Shown here piece by piece: positions 1 to 12,807 of a stretch of DNA of 64,000 nt. Made by a program: the position numbers and the translations under genes. Position 1 is the first letter of the stretch. The number at the start of each line of letters is the position of its first letter. This stretch comes from Amphiscolops sp. MND2022 (taxonomy: Eukaryota). Location of the stretch: the NCBI GenBank assembly GCA_964187785.1, contig OZ076417.1, forward strand, positions 22,382,001-22,446,000. The letters run 5' to 3'. The notes below the pieces were generated by a model, which saw nothing but the letters and a program-made list of their open reading frames with translations, was not told where the DNA came from and searched no databases.

Positions 1-93
1 TCGAGCTGTGCGGTACTGAATACATCACGAGGTTGATCTTTGTTGCCTGTGCTAAGGCTTGTGATTTGGAAAAAAAAAAGAAGAAAGAAAATA
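1..93. repeat. Direct repeat, copy 1 (window starts inside it); copy 2 at 1319-1408
   Basis: TCGAGCTGTGCGGTACTGAATACATCACGAGG...GATTTGG(A)nGAAGAAAGAAAAT matches 1319-1408 except for the A-run length; offset 1318 bp. Confidence 0.95.
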
Positions 94-460
94 ATTCTAT
101 TGTTGAAATAATTCTATTAAAATAGTGTTAATCATCTTGTTTTTCGTTAAACCAATAACGAATATAACAATTTTCTTGCAGGGCTATTTTTATTGTGATG
201 TCTTTCTCAAATTACCACTATTGGGAAAAAATCGATGAAAATTGTAAATTGATGTGAGAAATAAGATTAGAATGATAAATCTAGGCGATGATGAATTGAG
301 CAATACTAACTACCGGGAAAAGAAAATTCAGTGTGTCTGCGTCCATCTACAGTTTATTGCTAGAAGATTACGTTGCGTCAGCGAGGTGTGTCACAGATTT
401 TCAATCTAGAAGTGTTTTTCATCACTTTCTATCTAAAAACTGAAAGGTGCTGAGATCAAA

Positions 461-1400
461 GTGTTTGCTGGTCTCAAGACAAAAATGTCCTCCATTGTTA
501 ACGAAGATAGAACAGAAAATGTCGCCAAAGGGGTGAGTTGTTTTGCACTTTTGTCACGGACTCATGATTTGTACAGAGATGCTATTGTTAACGGTACTCT
601 TATGCTTTGTTACAATATCAGATTAGGAGCACGGAAACATGCACTTCAAACGATTGCGAACCCAAAAATCTCACCATCAGTTTTTCATGTTGAAAGGTTC
701 ATTCAAGACGATGGTGCTACTTGTTTGCCTTTTGGTCACTTCGAATTTCTGGCTGTTTTACGTCAAATTGCCGCACATGATGGTTGGTCAAGCGTACCTT
801 GACAAAACTGAATCTGGCACTCTGTCTCGGACTACTACAATTCCCCCTCCTAGTTTCGAATAGTGTATTATTTCAATGTTTCTCCACCTAAAAATGTCCC
901 ATCTCTCACCAATTTCAACGCAAATGACGAATCAGAACACGTGCTGTCAGAGTTGTTCACGCCATTATCACCGCGGATTATTTTCCACCGGAAACAATCG
1001 ACTGCAGTCTGTCGGAATATAAATGAACATCCCTTCAGTTTTTGAACCACAAACTAAACAAAGACGTGTTTTAATCTCCTCAAACAACTGCCGATCAAAA
1101 CCTTCGTTGAAAATGAATGCAATGAATGTACCAGACTATTCCTGAAAAAAGTATGTAAGGATATTGCGCTGAAACAACCGTTTCCAATTGCTGCTCAAAA
1201 AAACCACGGACCGAAACCAAGTCCTTAGATTTTTTCTGCAAATTGTTTGAAGAACGTTTCACACCTTGCACTTCAACTTTCGACCAATGCCAGTATAAGA
1301 CGCCCTGGACCTGAATACTCGAGCTGTGCGGTACTGAATACATCACGAGGTTGATCTTTGTTGCCTGTGCTAAGGCTTGTGATTTGGAAAAAAAAGAAGA
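461..1400 (+). pseudogene. Possible decayed coding region of unknown family
   Basis: Overlapping short ORFs (461-802, 639-863, 863-1045) and protein-like pieces (KTFVENECNECTRLFLKKVC; ELCGTEYITRLIFVACAKAC) broken by stops and frameshifts. No family recognised. Confidence 0.2.
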
Positions 1401-1408
1401 AAGAAAAT
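1319..1408. repeat. Direct repeat, copy 2
   Basis: Same sequence as 1-93. Confidence 0.95.
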
Positions 1409-1539
1409 CACAATTTGAGGTATTAGTTCACGTGTCAAGTTTTCATTATAAACGTAGTATATTAACTAATGTCCTAAAAAGCATGATTAATGACTCGGGC
1501 AAATTTTAAACCATCACAGCTGTTTCTCCTCATTCTCAC

Positions 1540-2634
1540 AAGGCAGTCATGGACAACCAATGTGGTTCAACTCTTTCTCCAGCATTGGGGGCACGGTGAC
1601 GCCGACCTTGCTTGGAGCATGGCGAAGTATGATTGAGATGCCGCAATTTCGACACCTGACCTCGTGTTCCACTGTGTTTGAATTCTGCACGTGACCGAAA
1701 TCAGCTGGAGTTGAGGCATGGAGGAGTGGCTTTGGACCGCGAGGCTCTTTCGGCAGCCCATCTTCTTTTTAATGACTTCTGCGAAGAAATCAAGACCAGC
1801 TCCGTCTCCAACCAGTGCGATGGCGTGATATCGCTCCAGGATTGTGTTGGTTGCTCTTCTTTTTAGCGTAAAGGGGGTTCGCATCGAGCATTTTCTCTTG
1901 GATTACCTAAAACAGTCAGTATGTGATGTATATTGTCTAGTTTTTTGGATCCATCCTATGATCTGCTGGATCAGACCACTTGACAAGCTACATTCCACTT
2001 TGAGAGCAAAATACATTTCAGAAGAACTTCAAAACTTACTCGTTTGTCATTTTGGTCATCTTCATCCTCCACCACTTGCTACTTGCTGCTGCTCTAATCC
2101 TCCTCCTCCTCCTCCTCCTCCTCCTCCTCCTCCTACTCCCCCCCCACTACACCTCCACTTCATCCTCCTCACAAAATCGTTTGTCCCTGTCTTCGGAAAT
2201 TATGAAGCCACATCTGCACCTCCATTGGGACGACAATTCTCATCGTACATTGCTACATGGGAAAGGCGGCTCATTAATCTGTATGTCTTCACAAACTTTG
2301 TAATTTTTGAAAGTGTACTCGCTTCATTATCAACAGAAACGTCCATGGGCTCGTCGTCTCTACCGTCGCAGAGCTCCACTTCATTGCACAGGTAACATTT
2401 TTGATTGTAATCGGGGGAGACTTTTTCAGATTCTTCAAGTGAGTTGGGTAAGATGATGAGTTTCTCAAGTTGATAATTAAAATTGGAGCTAAGCTAAGTT
2501 TTGATCTTGGCTAGATGACTTTTTGTGGTACACTGGTTTCTTATTTTGAAACTTCCTCAATGATTCACGTCTGAGAAAACCGGTGTTGGAGACGTTTTTC
2601 GCGCTTTCTTTTTAACCGCTTTGTTTATAGGCAT
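1540..2634 (-). pseudogene. Possible decayed ORF with Cys/His motifs and an acidic tract
   Basis: From ATG at 2634: MPINKAVKKKARKTSP..*..CTTKSHLAKIKT*..QKCYLCNEVELCDGRDDEPMDV.. stays in one frame through stops. It is followed by GAG-repeat (poly-Glu) sequence and HEVRCRNCGISI near 1600-1680. Confidence 0.25.
2098..2134. repeat. (TCC)n microsatellite, about 12 units
   Basis: Seen directly. Confidence 0.97.
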
Positions 2635-2962
2635 GAGAACAGGGCTTTACACCTCTATTTTGATTGTGCTCTTTGTTGGATTGTATTTTCACTTTCAAAT
2701 AAAATTTTTTCAGCTGGCTTTTTTGGACGACAGTAACGAGCAGAGAGTGCCAAAATCAACTTTCTATGTCGCGACTCAGTGTGCACGGACACATGTAAAC
2801 AATAGCTACGCTTTACGCTGCGTCTTCTTATTTTCTGCCCACACATAATGAGGGAGGAAAATCATCATCTATGATGCGTTTTTTTCCAAATTCTGCGGAA
2901 TCTCCATCGTGCCCATCTCCATCGATTTGACTAGTTCTAAAAGAATCAAGTAGCTAAATAAA

Positions 2963-3100
2963 GTATAGCTGGCTAAGCACCATGGTGCTCAGCTATATCT
3001 TATTTCGTTACTTGACTATTTTAGATATAGCCACAGTGGCTATAGCTGAGCACAGTAGCTGAGTAAGGTGGCAGACCACCGTGGCCATATATGGCTCAGT
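2963..3100. repeat. Cluster of short palindromes / degenerate palindromic minisatellite
   Basis: AGCACCATGGTGCT, TATAGCCAC-A-GTGGCTATA and GCCATATATGGC within about 140 bp. Confidence 0.7.
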
Positions 3101-3336
3101 TGAAGCGGATAATATCCCAGTGCTCATCTGACGTCTTGTTGAACCTGTGATATGAGTTTTTCTCAGTCTTAGCACGGCATTAAGTTACATGGAGAGGTCG
3201 TAAAATTGAATAAATATCAATGATTCTGTGATGCGTCCGGATCATCTTTAACCCCGTTGTATGCCTAACAAATCTCTATAGAACTCCTTTATGTTGAATT
3301 TTTTTCTTTGATAGTTTGCGGGAAAAGAAAATGTCG

Positions 3337-4220
3337 TTTTTTAGTCGGCACTTTTTGTGAAGCAAAAAATGCCCGACTCTTACATTGACACTTTTTTTCT
3401 CCAGACAACAGAACTCACACTGAAAAGTTCACTTTTTACGGAAACTACTAAAACTATTGAGGCCAATTCGGGTCAGCGGAAACTCATTACGATACATGCA
3501 CCGCAAAAGTGGAAAGTGATCACTTGGTGTAAATAGTATTTTGGGTAAAATAGTCAATTACTGTAAATTTGTCAACGACTGTAGCAATCCATTAGTGTAG
3601 TGGTGCAGCAGAGTGCAATATGAACGCGTTGAATTCCAGTCAAATTGCGTAGTTAGTAAATGGTGCAAACTAGTTAAAATTTACAAGCTAATTTAGTGAA
3701 GTGTAAGTTAGTCAAAGTTTGAATAAATTTCACTTTTAAGAGTATTCATTTATAAATCTACCAAAAAGTGTAATTTAGTCAAAGTTTGACTAGTTTACGG
3801 CAACTTAATAATTACTTCAAACACATCAACTTACATTGAATAGTTACTTGGCTTTTAATTACTTTGAATAAATTTCACATTAACTTTGACTTAGTGCGAA
3901 GGGTCACATCTTTCTTTTTTACTTTTTATCGTAACATACAAAACCGGACGAGACTGAAGGGTCCCCCTTTTAATTTTGTCGGCGGTATGAGACTTTTTAT
4001 TGAAATTTTGATTTTATTGAAGTCCTCCTTCGGATGATGCGGAGTTAAGCGCTATATCCGAGTTTTTGAAAAGAACATCCAGACTATTTTGCGTTTTATC
4101 AAGGAGGAGGCGGAGTTTCGAAAACAGGAGTTTCCCGTGAAATCGTCCCACGCATATTTTGAAAACTGCGCTTTTTGAGCCTTAGATATAGCGCCGACTT
4201 TAGACGTTCCCGTCTTGTTT
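3337..4220 (+). mobile_element. Helentron-type non-autonomous element (HINE/DINE-1-like) with a degenerate internal insertion at about 3500-3890
   Basis: 5' TTTTTTAGTCGGCA...GCCCGACT; AAGGGTCCCC core near 3958; 3' CGCCGACT + hairpin AGACG-TTCC-CGTCT + TGTTT. 4168-4220 is identical to 63395-63447. Confidence 0.7.
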
Positions 4221-4325
4221 CTTCTTGTCGAAGAACCAAAACTAGTAGCTCAACGTCTAAAGCCACGTGGCGTTTCGACACTCACTGAAACCAATTTTGT
4301 TTTCTAGGCGCAAAATGTTACGAAG

Positions 4326-4872
4326 GTGGGCACAAACTACGATCTAAGGAATAAGATCGAAACGCACTTCTGTAACTAAGATCTAAAGAACTAAGATCTA
4401 AATGTCATTTTTCGTAACTAAGATCTAGAGAATGCCAGCTCCCGAATCGTACCGAAAGTCTAAATTTTAGACGTTAATCCCGTTTTAATTTCCGTTATTC
4501 CCATTTTTTGGATGTTACGGGTAAAGTATAAAATGCTCTAAAGTATAAAACGTGCCTCAGATATGTCTCCATTTCCTCTAGTGCCCTGCGGCCCCTTGGG
4601 GCCGCTTATGTTCCCATCTTGCTAAGCGAGGTCGAACAGGAGCAAAGACCTAGCGGGAACGGAGATCGCGAAGCGATCGTAGTGGGATCTGGTCTTTGCG
4701 ACGGTGAGGGCGAGCGTGCATGCCCCGTATATGACCCCACATTATTCCTAATAGGTTATTCTAATTCAATTTAGACCTTAGTTACGGTGCATGCTTTTTA
4801 GATCTTAGTTCTTTAGATCTTAGTTACGAAATTTCTTTAGATCTTATTCCTTAGACCTTAGTTGCGGTCCCC
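4326..4872. mobile_element. Foldback / MULE-like MITE with 9-bp TSD
   Basis: TIRs of about 100 bp built from AACTAAGATCTAAA subrepeats; GTTACGAAG flanks both ends (4317-4325 and 4873-4881); no ORF. Confidence 0.85.
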
Positions 4873-5034
4873 GTTACGAAGTTGATTCAAAAGGTTGTTC
4901 CCGAAACTTTTCGCGAGTTTTGTAGAAGGCCATATTTTTTGTACATTCCACTAGAATTGCTTCAAAAATTACCACACAATTGAATCGTTTTTGAGGTTTC
5001 CAAAAAGTGTTGTGGTAAAATATTACTTTGAAAT

Positions 5035-5361
5035 TTAGACATGATACCAACTGTCAACCAGAAGAGAAAGACCCACGATCTTTTGGGCGCTCTTTCCAGG
5101 ATCGTAAGTTAAAAATGGGGCGAATAAACATTGGCACGTCATTTCAGGGTCAGAATAAATCCTCACATTAGCTTTGTCTCCGGTCTTTTTCTTGCACTGA
5201 TAAGCACAAAGCTTTTTGGTGATTCCGTGAATTGTTGCCAAGCTCTCGATTTCAAACAAGTTTTCAGCGACCATATCTTGGACTGGTTTGAACATTGTTA
5301 ATTGCACTGAAGGAAACAGCATGATCAAAACTGTACATAGCAACAAAATTGAATTTTTCAT
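5035..5361 (-). CDS. Probable first exon of a secreted protein: signal peptide + PAN/apple-like Cys domain
   Basis: MKNSILLLCTVLIMLFPSVQL hydrophobic leader; LCAYQC..YSDPEMTCQC pattern; possible phase-1 donor GAC A|GTTGGT near 5056. No downstream exon found in the window. Confidence 0.6.
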   Translation of the reverse strand: MKNSILLLCTVLIMLFPSVQLTMFKPVQDMVAENLFEIESLATIHGITKKLCAYQCKKKTGDKANVRIYSDPEMTCQCLFAPFLTYDPGKSAQKIVGLSLLVDSWYHV

Positions 5362-6639
5362 TCTGCGACTTTGTTCCGTTTCGACAAAAAATTCGACATA
5401 TGATAAATTCAGTTCTTTTCATCCAAGAGTGAAGGGAGGGTACTCAATTTTTTATTTAGTATCCTGATTTTTTTTCTAAATTCCAAGCGCTTCTTACGTG
5501 CGTGTTTTTTTTCCTATTGATTTTCATCAGAGCGAAAGAAAAAACAGCTGTTTGTCAAATTTTTGTCAGAATCATTTCTCATTGTTCAAAAAGTCATACT
5601 CATTCATAAATACATATTTTGGATTCTGCTGGGAGGGAAATTTAAGTGGAAAACACAATCTGAGAGGAATGTTCACATTTTTTGAAACTGGTAGTCGAAG
5701 AGACCCGTCTAGTTGTTTTGAATAAACTAAGTATTTCAAAGGTTTTGAACGAGCCAGTTTGGGTAGTGTTCATTTAAGGGAAAAAATTACACCTGAAAAC
5801 GCCCAATTGATTTTCTATTGATTGAGCAAAATAATAGCTTTAGCTTAACGTTTTTCGGCAGCTGTATTCACGGAGGGCTCGATCGAAGAAAAACATAGTA
5901 TTCATTTTTTAATGGGAAAGCTGAAATAGAATACTTTGGAGAAGCAATTTTGCCACGATCGCCAAGATTAGCTGGAAATTCCTAGGATCCGGCCTGGAAC
6001 TCCAAAATTTCAAACTCTGGCATTTCCCATTTCCAGTAGTAGAGGCTAGCGTTGTTTTTTGGAACCGTCTGAAATCAAACTCAAAATATTGTCCTGAATA
6101 TAAGATTAGAATCGTTCACAAATGTTCGTGATGTTACATTATTTCATCAAGTACAATTTGTCTTGGGCCAAGTCTGTTGTGATGCCTAGTTCGTTTGTTC
6201 CCAGTATCTGCAGTCAATACTTTCCGCTCTCACAACGACTCGCCAGATGCCAGGGTCATTTTGTTCTGTCATGGTTCTGTTTTCCCCCAACGGCTCTCAG
6301 GCAGGCGTTAAGAGGGTTCCTCTCTTGATCATTTAAACATTTGAATTCCTGGTCGAACGTTTGAGTTTATCAAAAAAGGCTTTACAAAATAAGATAACAT
6401 CTAAAAGGTGATGTTTAATCCAGTTTTAAAAAAAACAGTTGAAAATGTAAATGAAGTACATTATCAGTCATGAAGAGTTTCCTGTAATGAAATCCACGCT
6501 GATTCGAATTCGGAATGTTTTTGTCAGGTTAGGTTTTCTCGGCACTACACAACTATTTTGAAATTTTTCCACTCGATACCCTTCTTTGATTTTTAGAAGA
6601 AACACGAAATGCCTCTTAAACTGTGCAACTTTTAATGTA

Positions 6640-6870
6640 TTTTTAGTCGGCGCCTTTTCCTTTAAAAGGAAAAAAGCCGTGTATTACAGTGAATAGTTTT
6701 CTTTTCGCCAGACAACAAAATGTATGCGTAATGGACACTATTTTACAGAACTACTAAACAACTGGACCGGCAAGCGTCTAAGGTAGTACAAAGGGTCCCC
6801 CTTCCGTCTACTCAACTTTCAACGTGAGATACAAAACCGGACGGTAATAAAGGGTCTTTGGAGTTTTTTC
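6640..6870 (+). mobile_element. 5' fragment of the HINE-like family
   Basis: TTTTTAGTCGGCG start and AAGGGTCCCCC / ACAAAACCGGACG core; no 3' hairpin end. Confidence 0.65.
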
Positions 6871-7439
6871 GGCAATGCGCGCCTTTGTTCGATTCTTTGT
6901 CTCCAAATGGTCCTAATTCAACAACGGTTCAAATGATAACCAAGTAAAAACCATAAAATTTTGTTGCTCCTTAGGTGTTGAAAAATGAGTCCCGAGGTGA
7001 AAGAGGCGAGGAAAGAACTTTTATCCTAAGCTGTAGCTCTACCGTTGTCGTGTGAACTCCATCAGCTGTCCCTGTAAAGCTGTGGAGCCTGCGCGGTCCT
7101 CGAAAAAAAATTTTACCTCGCAAAACTGCAAAAAAAACGAAAGTCGAAAAACTGATATCAAAAGATCTTTTAGCTCGCAATAGCCGCAAAAACATTTTAA
7201 CCTCTGGTAGTGCGTCAAGAACTGCTGATGCTGCTATTCAAAATTTCTAGCTCTCGAGCTGGTGCTGAAAAATCAACGTCTTTTTGTAAAAATATGAGAT
7301 CTGAAGGTAAAAAACAGTAATCCAAATGCAGATGGCAAACAAGGATTCGTCCTTGTTCTAAGACAGCTGGCACTATATCCACAGCACCGAGGCCCTGCGA
7401 TGCTTGCCGGGGACGACAAGCAAGAAGCCCGGGGAGTGG

Positions 7440-8146
7440 TGTAACAGCATCCTGTAACCAGACGAATTTTTGAAAATTTTTGAAAATTTCGTTGAAATCT
7501 GACGTGGCTTCCCGAGCACGTTTTTGGAGAAGTACCTGTCAGAAAGTGATGAAATACGGTCAAAAAAGCCGCCCCGCGAGAGAGAGCGAGTCAAAGGAGT
7601 GAACAAACGGTTTAAAAAAGCAGCTGAAACGTGACAAATCACAGTGTTTGCCCGCAGAATCCAGTATTTTACGGTGCTGAACCCAGAGTTCTGATGACAG
7701 CTTAAAGAGTCTATCTACCCGTGCCCAGGGGTTGTGCCTAGCTCAAGCGCTGGTGCCACGACGGCCCAATATCCACAGCTTTTGCCGAACTGGACTCTGT
7801 TATCTTAATTCACGAGGTATTTTGTGCTCAGATCATAATCTGCTTGAGGGTATTGTCATTTAATGGTGTTTGGCAAGACGAAATTCAGTTACCAACAACC
7901 AAGTAGTTTTTTGAGCTATCTACGCGGTGGTTGTAAAAATCCCAGTAAAATTACCGTGATTCTTAGCAGTAACAGACTGCTATCAGGCCAGAGAGCATCC
8001 ATTAGGACGGTTCCCGCACCTCGAGACCGGCAACACTCAGGAGGTAAAATGAGCTGGTGTAATGATGGTTTGTCCCGGACCATAACCATGGTAACAGTTC
8101 CTCCTTTCTATTGTTACGTAACCAACGCTTAGCGCTTGCCGTTACA
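7440..8146 (+). mobile_element. LTR (3'-type, preceded by a PPT), related to the LTRs at 49160 and 56382
   Basis: TGTAAC...CAAACGCTTAGCGCTTGCCGTTACA-like termini (ends ACCAACGCTTAGCGCTTGCCGTTACA); shares TTCGTTGAAATCTGACGTGGC and GTGGTTTGTCCCGGACCATA-type blocks; upstream CCCGGGGAGTGG as at 56370-56380. Confidence 0.85.
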
Positions 8147-8318
8147 AATTGTTTTCGGTTCTGGAGTAGGTAGTTCTCAGTGTTTGGCTGATATTATTCA
8201 GCTCTGTTTTTCGTTGGTTTGTTCAAATTCGAATTATTCGATTTCCACATGAATCATTGATGATTTGAATCCATACATTCTCAAACATTTCTTTCTTTCA
8301 AACATGATAATGTCCTCC

Positions 8319-9244
8319 TGTAACGTCAGGCAGTCGGTATTACAAACTTTGATGAAAAATTCGAAATGTGAGGTATCAAATTAGCACATTCAAGATGGCC
8401 GAGCCGGCAGGTACGAAAATTGTAAAAGAACCAAACAAAAAACGTACAAACAGACCACCCCGTATATACTGGTGTCATATCATCCAGGAAAATGTCAGAA
8501 GAGACCCTCCAAAAACAAGGTGCAACCTGTCAGTGGACCTATGCAAGAACTCCGAAACTTTCTCGAAGATGCCCGAGGAACTCTCAGTAGTTAATTTCAT
8601 TGTCAATAATATTTTTGGCAAGTTTGTGATAAAATTATATCTAATTCTGTAAACATAATGTTTTTCTAGCTGAACACCGTTTTTGGACCTCGGAAGTATG
8701 TAGAAGGCACAGGAAAATGTTAGGAACCTGGAATCGTTTTTACAGGCTTGTGGGGCGTGCCCAAACTTTGAGAGGGCCGGCGCGCGGCCTCGGAGCTCTA
8801 AGCAAAGGAGTCTCCTTAGACGTATGAAAAGTCCCTCCAGGAGACCATTTTGGGGGAAAACTGATGTCTAGGGCTGTAGTAAGACAACGGTCTCCTGTTT
8901 AAGCACCCTAGGCCTTGTCTAACTTCCTTGATGTGCACCGCTAGGAGGGTCCCAGGTTGTTCCTTAAGGCTTTTTTCTAGCCCTCTGGACTTTGTACTAG
9001 TGTTTTTCCTGCGTTTCCTGCATTATTCCGAGGTCTTAAACAAGAAATAGAAGGTTTCAAACAGTGTTGAAAAAATTAATCCGGCAACTGTAGCCTCATT
9101 TCAGCAAATTTGCAAAGTATGGTGTGAGGACCGAGAGGACGCGCAGTGAAGGTTGACGCTAGCTGACACGAGGACGTGACGTCCAACAAAACCACACCTC
9201 ACATACCTCTGTGATTGCAGTATCCCCACGTCAATCGGGTTACA
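8319..9244 (+). mobile_element. LTR of a second family, left copy (right part diverges or is chimeric)
   Basis: Starts TGTAACGTCAGG; 8319-8945 aligns by eye with 12808-13515; next GTTACA terminus at 9239-9244. Confidence 0.75.
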
Positions 9245-12200
9245 TCCCAATTTTCCCTATTTAGCAGCCCAAAAAGCGTATTACCAGGACAATTTCCACG
9301 CAAACTAACTGAGAAAATACCCTGTGGGTGTTGGGACCGGTTGTTAAAAAAAAGTTGAGCGCGAAAACTTTGAAAATGACACCATATACAGCTCAAATCT
9401 CGACTTCACGGATTTTGAGAGCCAATGTTTTGTAGAATAGAAAACAGCCAGTGGGAATACTAAACAAACGTTTCAATAGACCTACTATGTCAGGAAGAAA
9501 GTCAGTTGGGCTAAATTGTGAAAATCGCAAATCGGGTTCCTGAAATGGCATATTGCTGAAACAGTACACCTGGATGGTGACAACCAAGACGTGGACGTAT
9601 ACTAACTGGAAAAAATACCCAGTGTGTGTTCAGACCAGTTGTTGAAAAAGTTGAGTGCAAAAACCTCGAAAATAACACCAATGGAAGCTCAAATCTCGAT
9701 TTTTCCAAGTTTGAAAATCAAAATTTTAAAAAATGGGTTATGGCCAGTGGGATTACTGAAAAACGTTACAACAGACATACTAGGTCAGAAACAAAACCTT
9801 TTGTTGGACTAAATAGTAAAAAATTGTCGAATTTGGCCATTTTGACCAAATTTGGCAGGGGCGAAGCCTTGGGCGTTAGTTCCGAAGCCTTTTGAGTAGT
9901 CCAAAACTTTTGTTGTTGAGCTTGGCAGTACGCAACATTACTGCGAAGACGGTTTTTGGCTATCCCCCAAATAAATTGAAACTTTACCAGTGCTTTTCTT
10001 TTGTTACAATTAGAGTGACTCACTAATTACGCTCAATGATCACAATCCGCAGTGTCTGATTACACTGTGCATCAAAATTCACAAAGAACACATTGCACTG
10101 CTTGACTCAAATACGGTTCGCTCTCGTTTTACGGAAAATACACATTACACTAGATCATAAATCCTCTTTTGCGGCATATGTATCGTAAAGGAAGGACCTC
10201 CATAAACCTGAGCTGTATCAAAACGAAACTAATAATTAAAAGAACCCCAGTCAACTAAATAAAAGTGTTACACCTTCCTACACTACTGTTAAAAGAATCC
10301 AGAACGTCTGAGAACAGAGAAACGGAAAGTTCTTGGCGAAAATACGTATTTTCAGTGCTGTTCTGAGAGTGTGAACAGTGCATTCTGAAATTTTTTTGAA
10401 AGACCTTATTTGGAACCTACCAGTATTTGTTTGCCTATTTTCTGTTAGTAAAAGTTTAATGTTGCTAACTCAGAAATCTGCGAGTAATTGCGATCAGTGG
10501 TTGCCGAAATAGAGTCAAAAAGGTGCTATTTTTGCGACATATTGGGAATTAGGCAATCACGTTTTTCGGACGAGTCGGAATCTTTCCTAGCAGGAGTAGC
10601 TAAAACAGATTACACCATCGTGTAGAGCGCAAAAAGTTACGCCGGTAGCGTAATTGTGGTGGTACTACTTTCAATACTTGTGGAAAAGTCTTTTTTGCCG
10701 CAGTTTTGCAGTAAAAGTGCACATAATTGCCAAAAAAAGGAGTTTTAGTTGTGCACAGTGTGATATCTCCGGGGCATCCCAGCACCGAAGATTTGACATT
10801 TTCGCACACGTGGTACTAAATCCCGACGAATTGTGCAAAGTGAGCAGCCGGCTGCCAGCCACAGCTGAGAAATTGACATTTTTGTGAATTTTGACCCGAA
10901 AAAGTTGTACCTCAGGTACATGAAAGTTTTGTCGCCCCGGATTGCCAGATCACGATCTAGGAAACCCGCCGCCAAGTTTTTCTGTTGTGTTAGCATAAGT
11001 TACGCTTGCATGCCCAACTTCAGGTTTCTAGGAAGCCTAGAAGGCGAATTTGACCACTTATTGCAAATTTTATAACATAGTCAATTTTTCTAGAAACATT
11101 GTCAAAGAGTCGCATTTCACATAGAGTCAATTTTGGCGCAATCGGAGGTTGTTTCTACACGATATGTTTACTGTAGTAAACGGTGTGAAATTTTCAGGTT
11201 GCTAGCAGCGCTTGAAGTGACTTTCGCCCTCCGCGGGGGTGCATGTTGACAAAAAAGCTGTTGATTTTGTAGTTTTGTGAGACAAATCGCACACTTTTTG
11301 TCAGTGTACGTGCCGGTGAGGGCGCCCCAAACGACCTCAATGGTATACCAGGCACTCTCTGCACGTCCTGTTTAATCCCTTTGAATAGTGCTAAACCGAC
11401 ACTAAGATCTCGGGCCTCTGAGAAAACGGTTTACGAGACATAGAGGTGAAAAACCAAAAATTGAAATTCGCCTCCTGACTGCTATCAAAGTCACCTAAGT
11501 GCAAATTATTCGTTGTGAACACGCATGCTTGGTGCCTTCTGAACCCTCCCTGTGGGTGCTGGAGCTTGTTTATAGGCACTTTTAGATGTCTAGAGTTTGA
11601 ACGCAGTGCGTCTCAAAACAGAACAACAAGTACACTAGTGACTACCATTGTAGAAATGAACGCTTTTTCTGATCGTACTACAATCGTATGGCAAGAAATC
11701 ACTTCAAACTCAGTGTCTTTTCTCTTACTCACCTCAAGGCTCATTCCTAATAACTGATCACATTTACGTCCTTACTTGTGCTCTCCAGAAACAGGGCCGC
11801 ATGGGTGACAAACTGAATTTTCAGACAATCTAACATCTGTAGACAAACCGGCTTCTCAAAAAATCGATGTTTGTTGCTCGATTCATGCCTAAGGTGTACC
11901 TCGGTTCTCGGTACCACAGTTGTGTGAACCATGTTGATGTGAAGACACCGGACAAGAGATTGGGAGTACCTGTACTCTCCCGAGAGAAATCAACACCAAG
12001 CATGATAAAACACCTGGAGCTTCGAAGCTCTGAAACTGCTTGGCCATCGACCGTGCATTTAAAACTCCAAGGATTATCTTGGAGTTTGTTTTTTATTGCC
12101 CGAGACTGTTTTCTTGATCTATCATGCCTGCCTGATGTTTAATTTATATAGGATCTGCTCTATCATCGCTGTCGACATAATCATCCTCTTGAGAAGCAGT

Positions 12201-12807
12201 TTATTTCCATCTCTTACATATACACTGGTGCTTATACTACCTAGACCATACCTTTATCTGAGTGTACACTGCTAACGCAATAAACTGATTAGGTCCTCAC
12301 TTTTGGTGATATTTTGAAGTTTGGAGCTCTGTTTTCCCTTTGGTGCTATTTATTGTGCAGTTTCTGTTGGCCATGAACTACGACACTTTTGTAAGACCAC
12401 AGCTGTTACTTTTATTTTTCGCTTTTCAAGTGCTATCGTGCATTTTGTAAAACTTTACCTCTCAGGTGGGCCCCGGCGAGTACCAAACCCGTTGTAGTGA
12501 GTGCTTTTAATACTTATACAGATGCGGTAACACAAAGAGCTAGTATTTTTGGTGAGAAATGAAAAGTTTGAAAACGGTTTGAATACAATGCTAAGTAACT
12601 AAAGTTGCTAATACTTTTCCAGTGCAAGAGCCCATTGTTGGTTTGGAGTCCAAGGAAGCCTGCTAAGCAGGCAAAAACTCATTTCTTTGGGCAGTAACAT
12701 GTTTTTGGGCAGCAACTTTTGTTCGGGTTCCTCGAAGGCCATATAGATGAAACAGTACCCCTGGATGATGACAACCAAGAGGACGACAAACTACGGCCCA
12801 GGGAGGA

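Noticed and set aside
1844-2395. 183-aa poly-proline ORF and overlapping poly-leucine ORF
   Set aside because: Both are products of the (TCC)n microsatellite; no other protein-like signal in these frames.
6130-6330. YWTD/LRP-like peptide on the minus strand (LGITTDLAQDKLY)
   Set aside because: Single weak motif, in-frame stops, no supporting exons.
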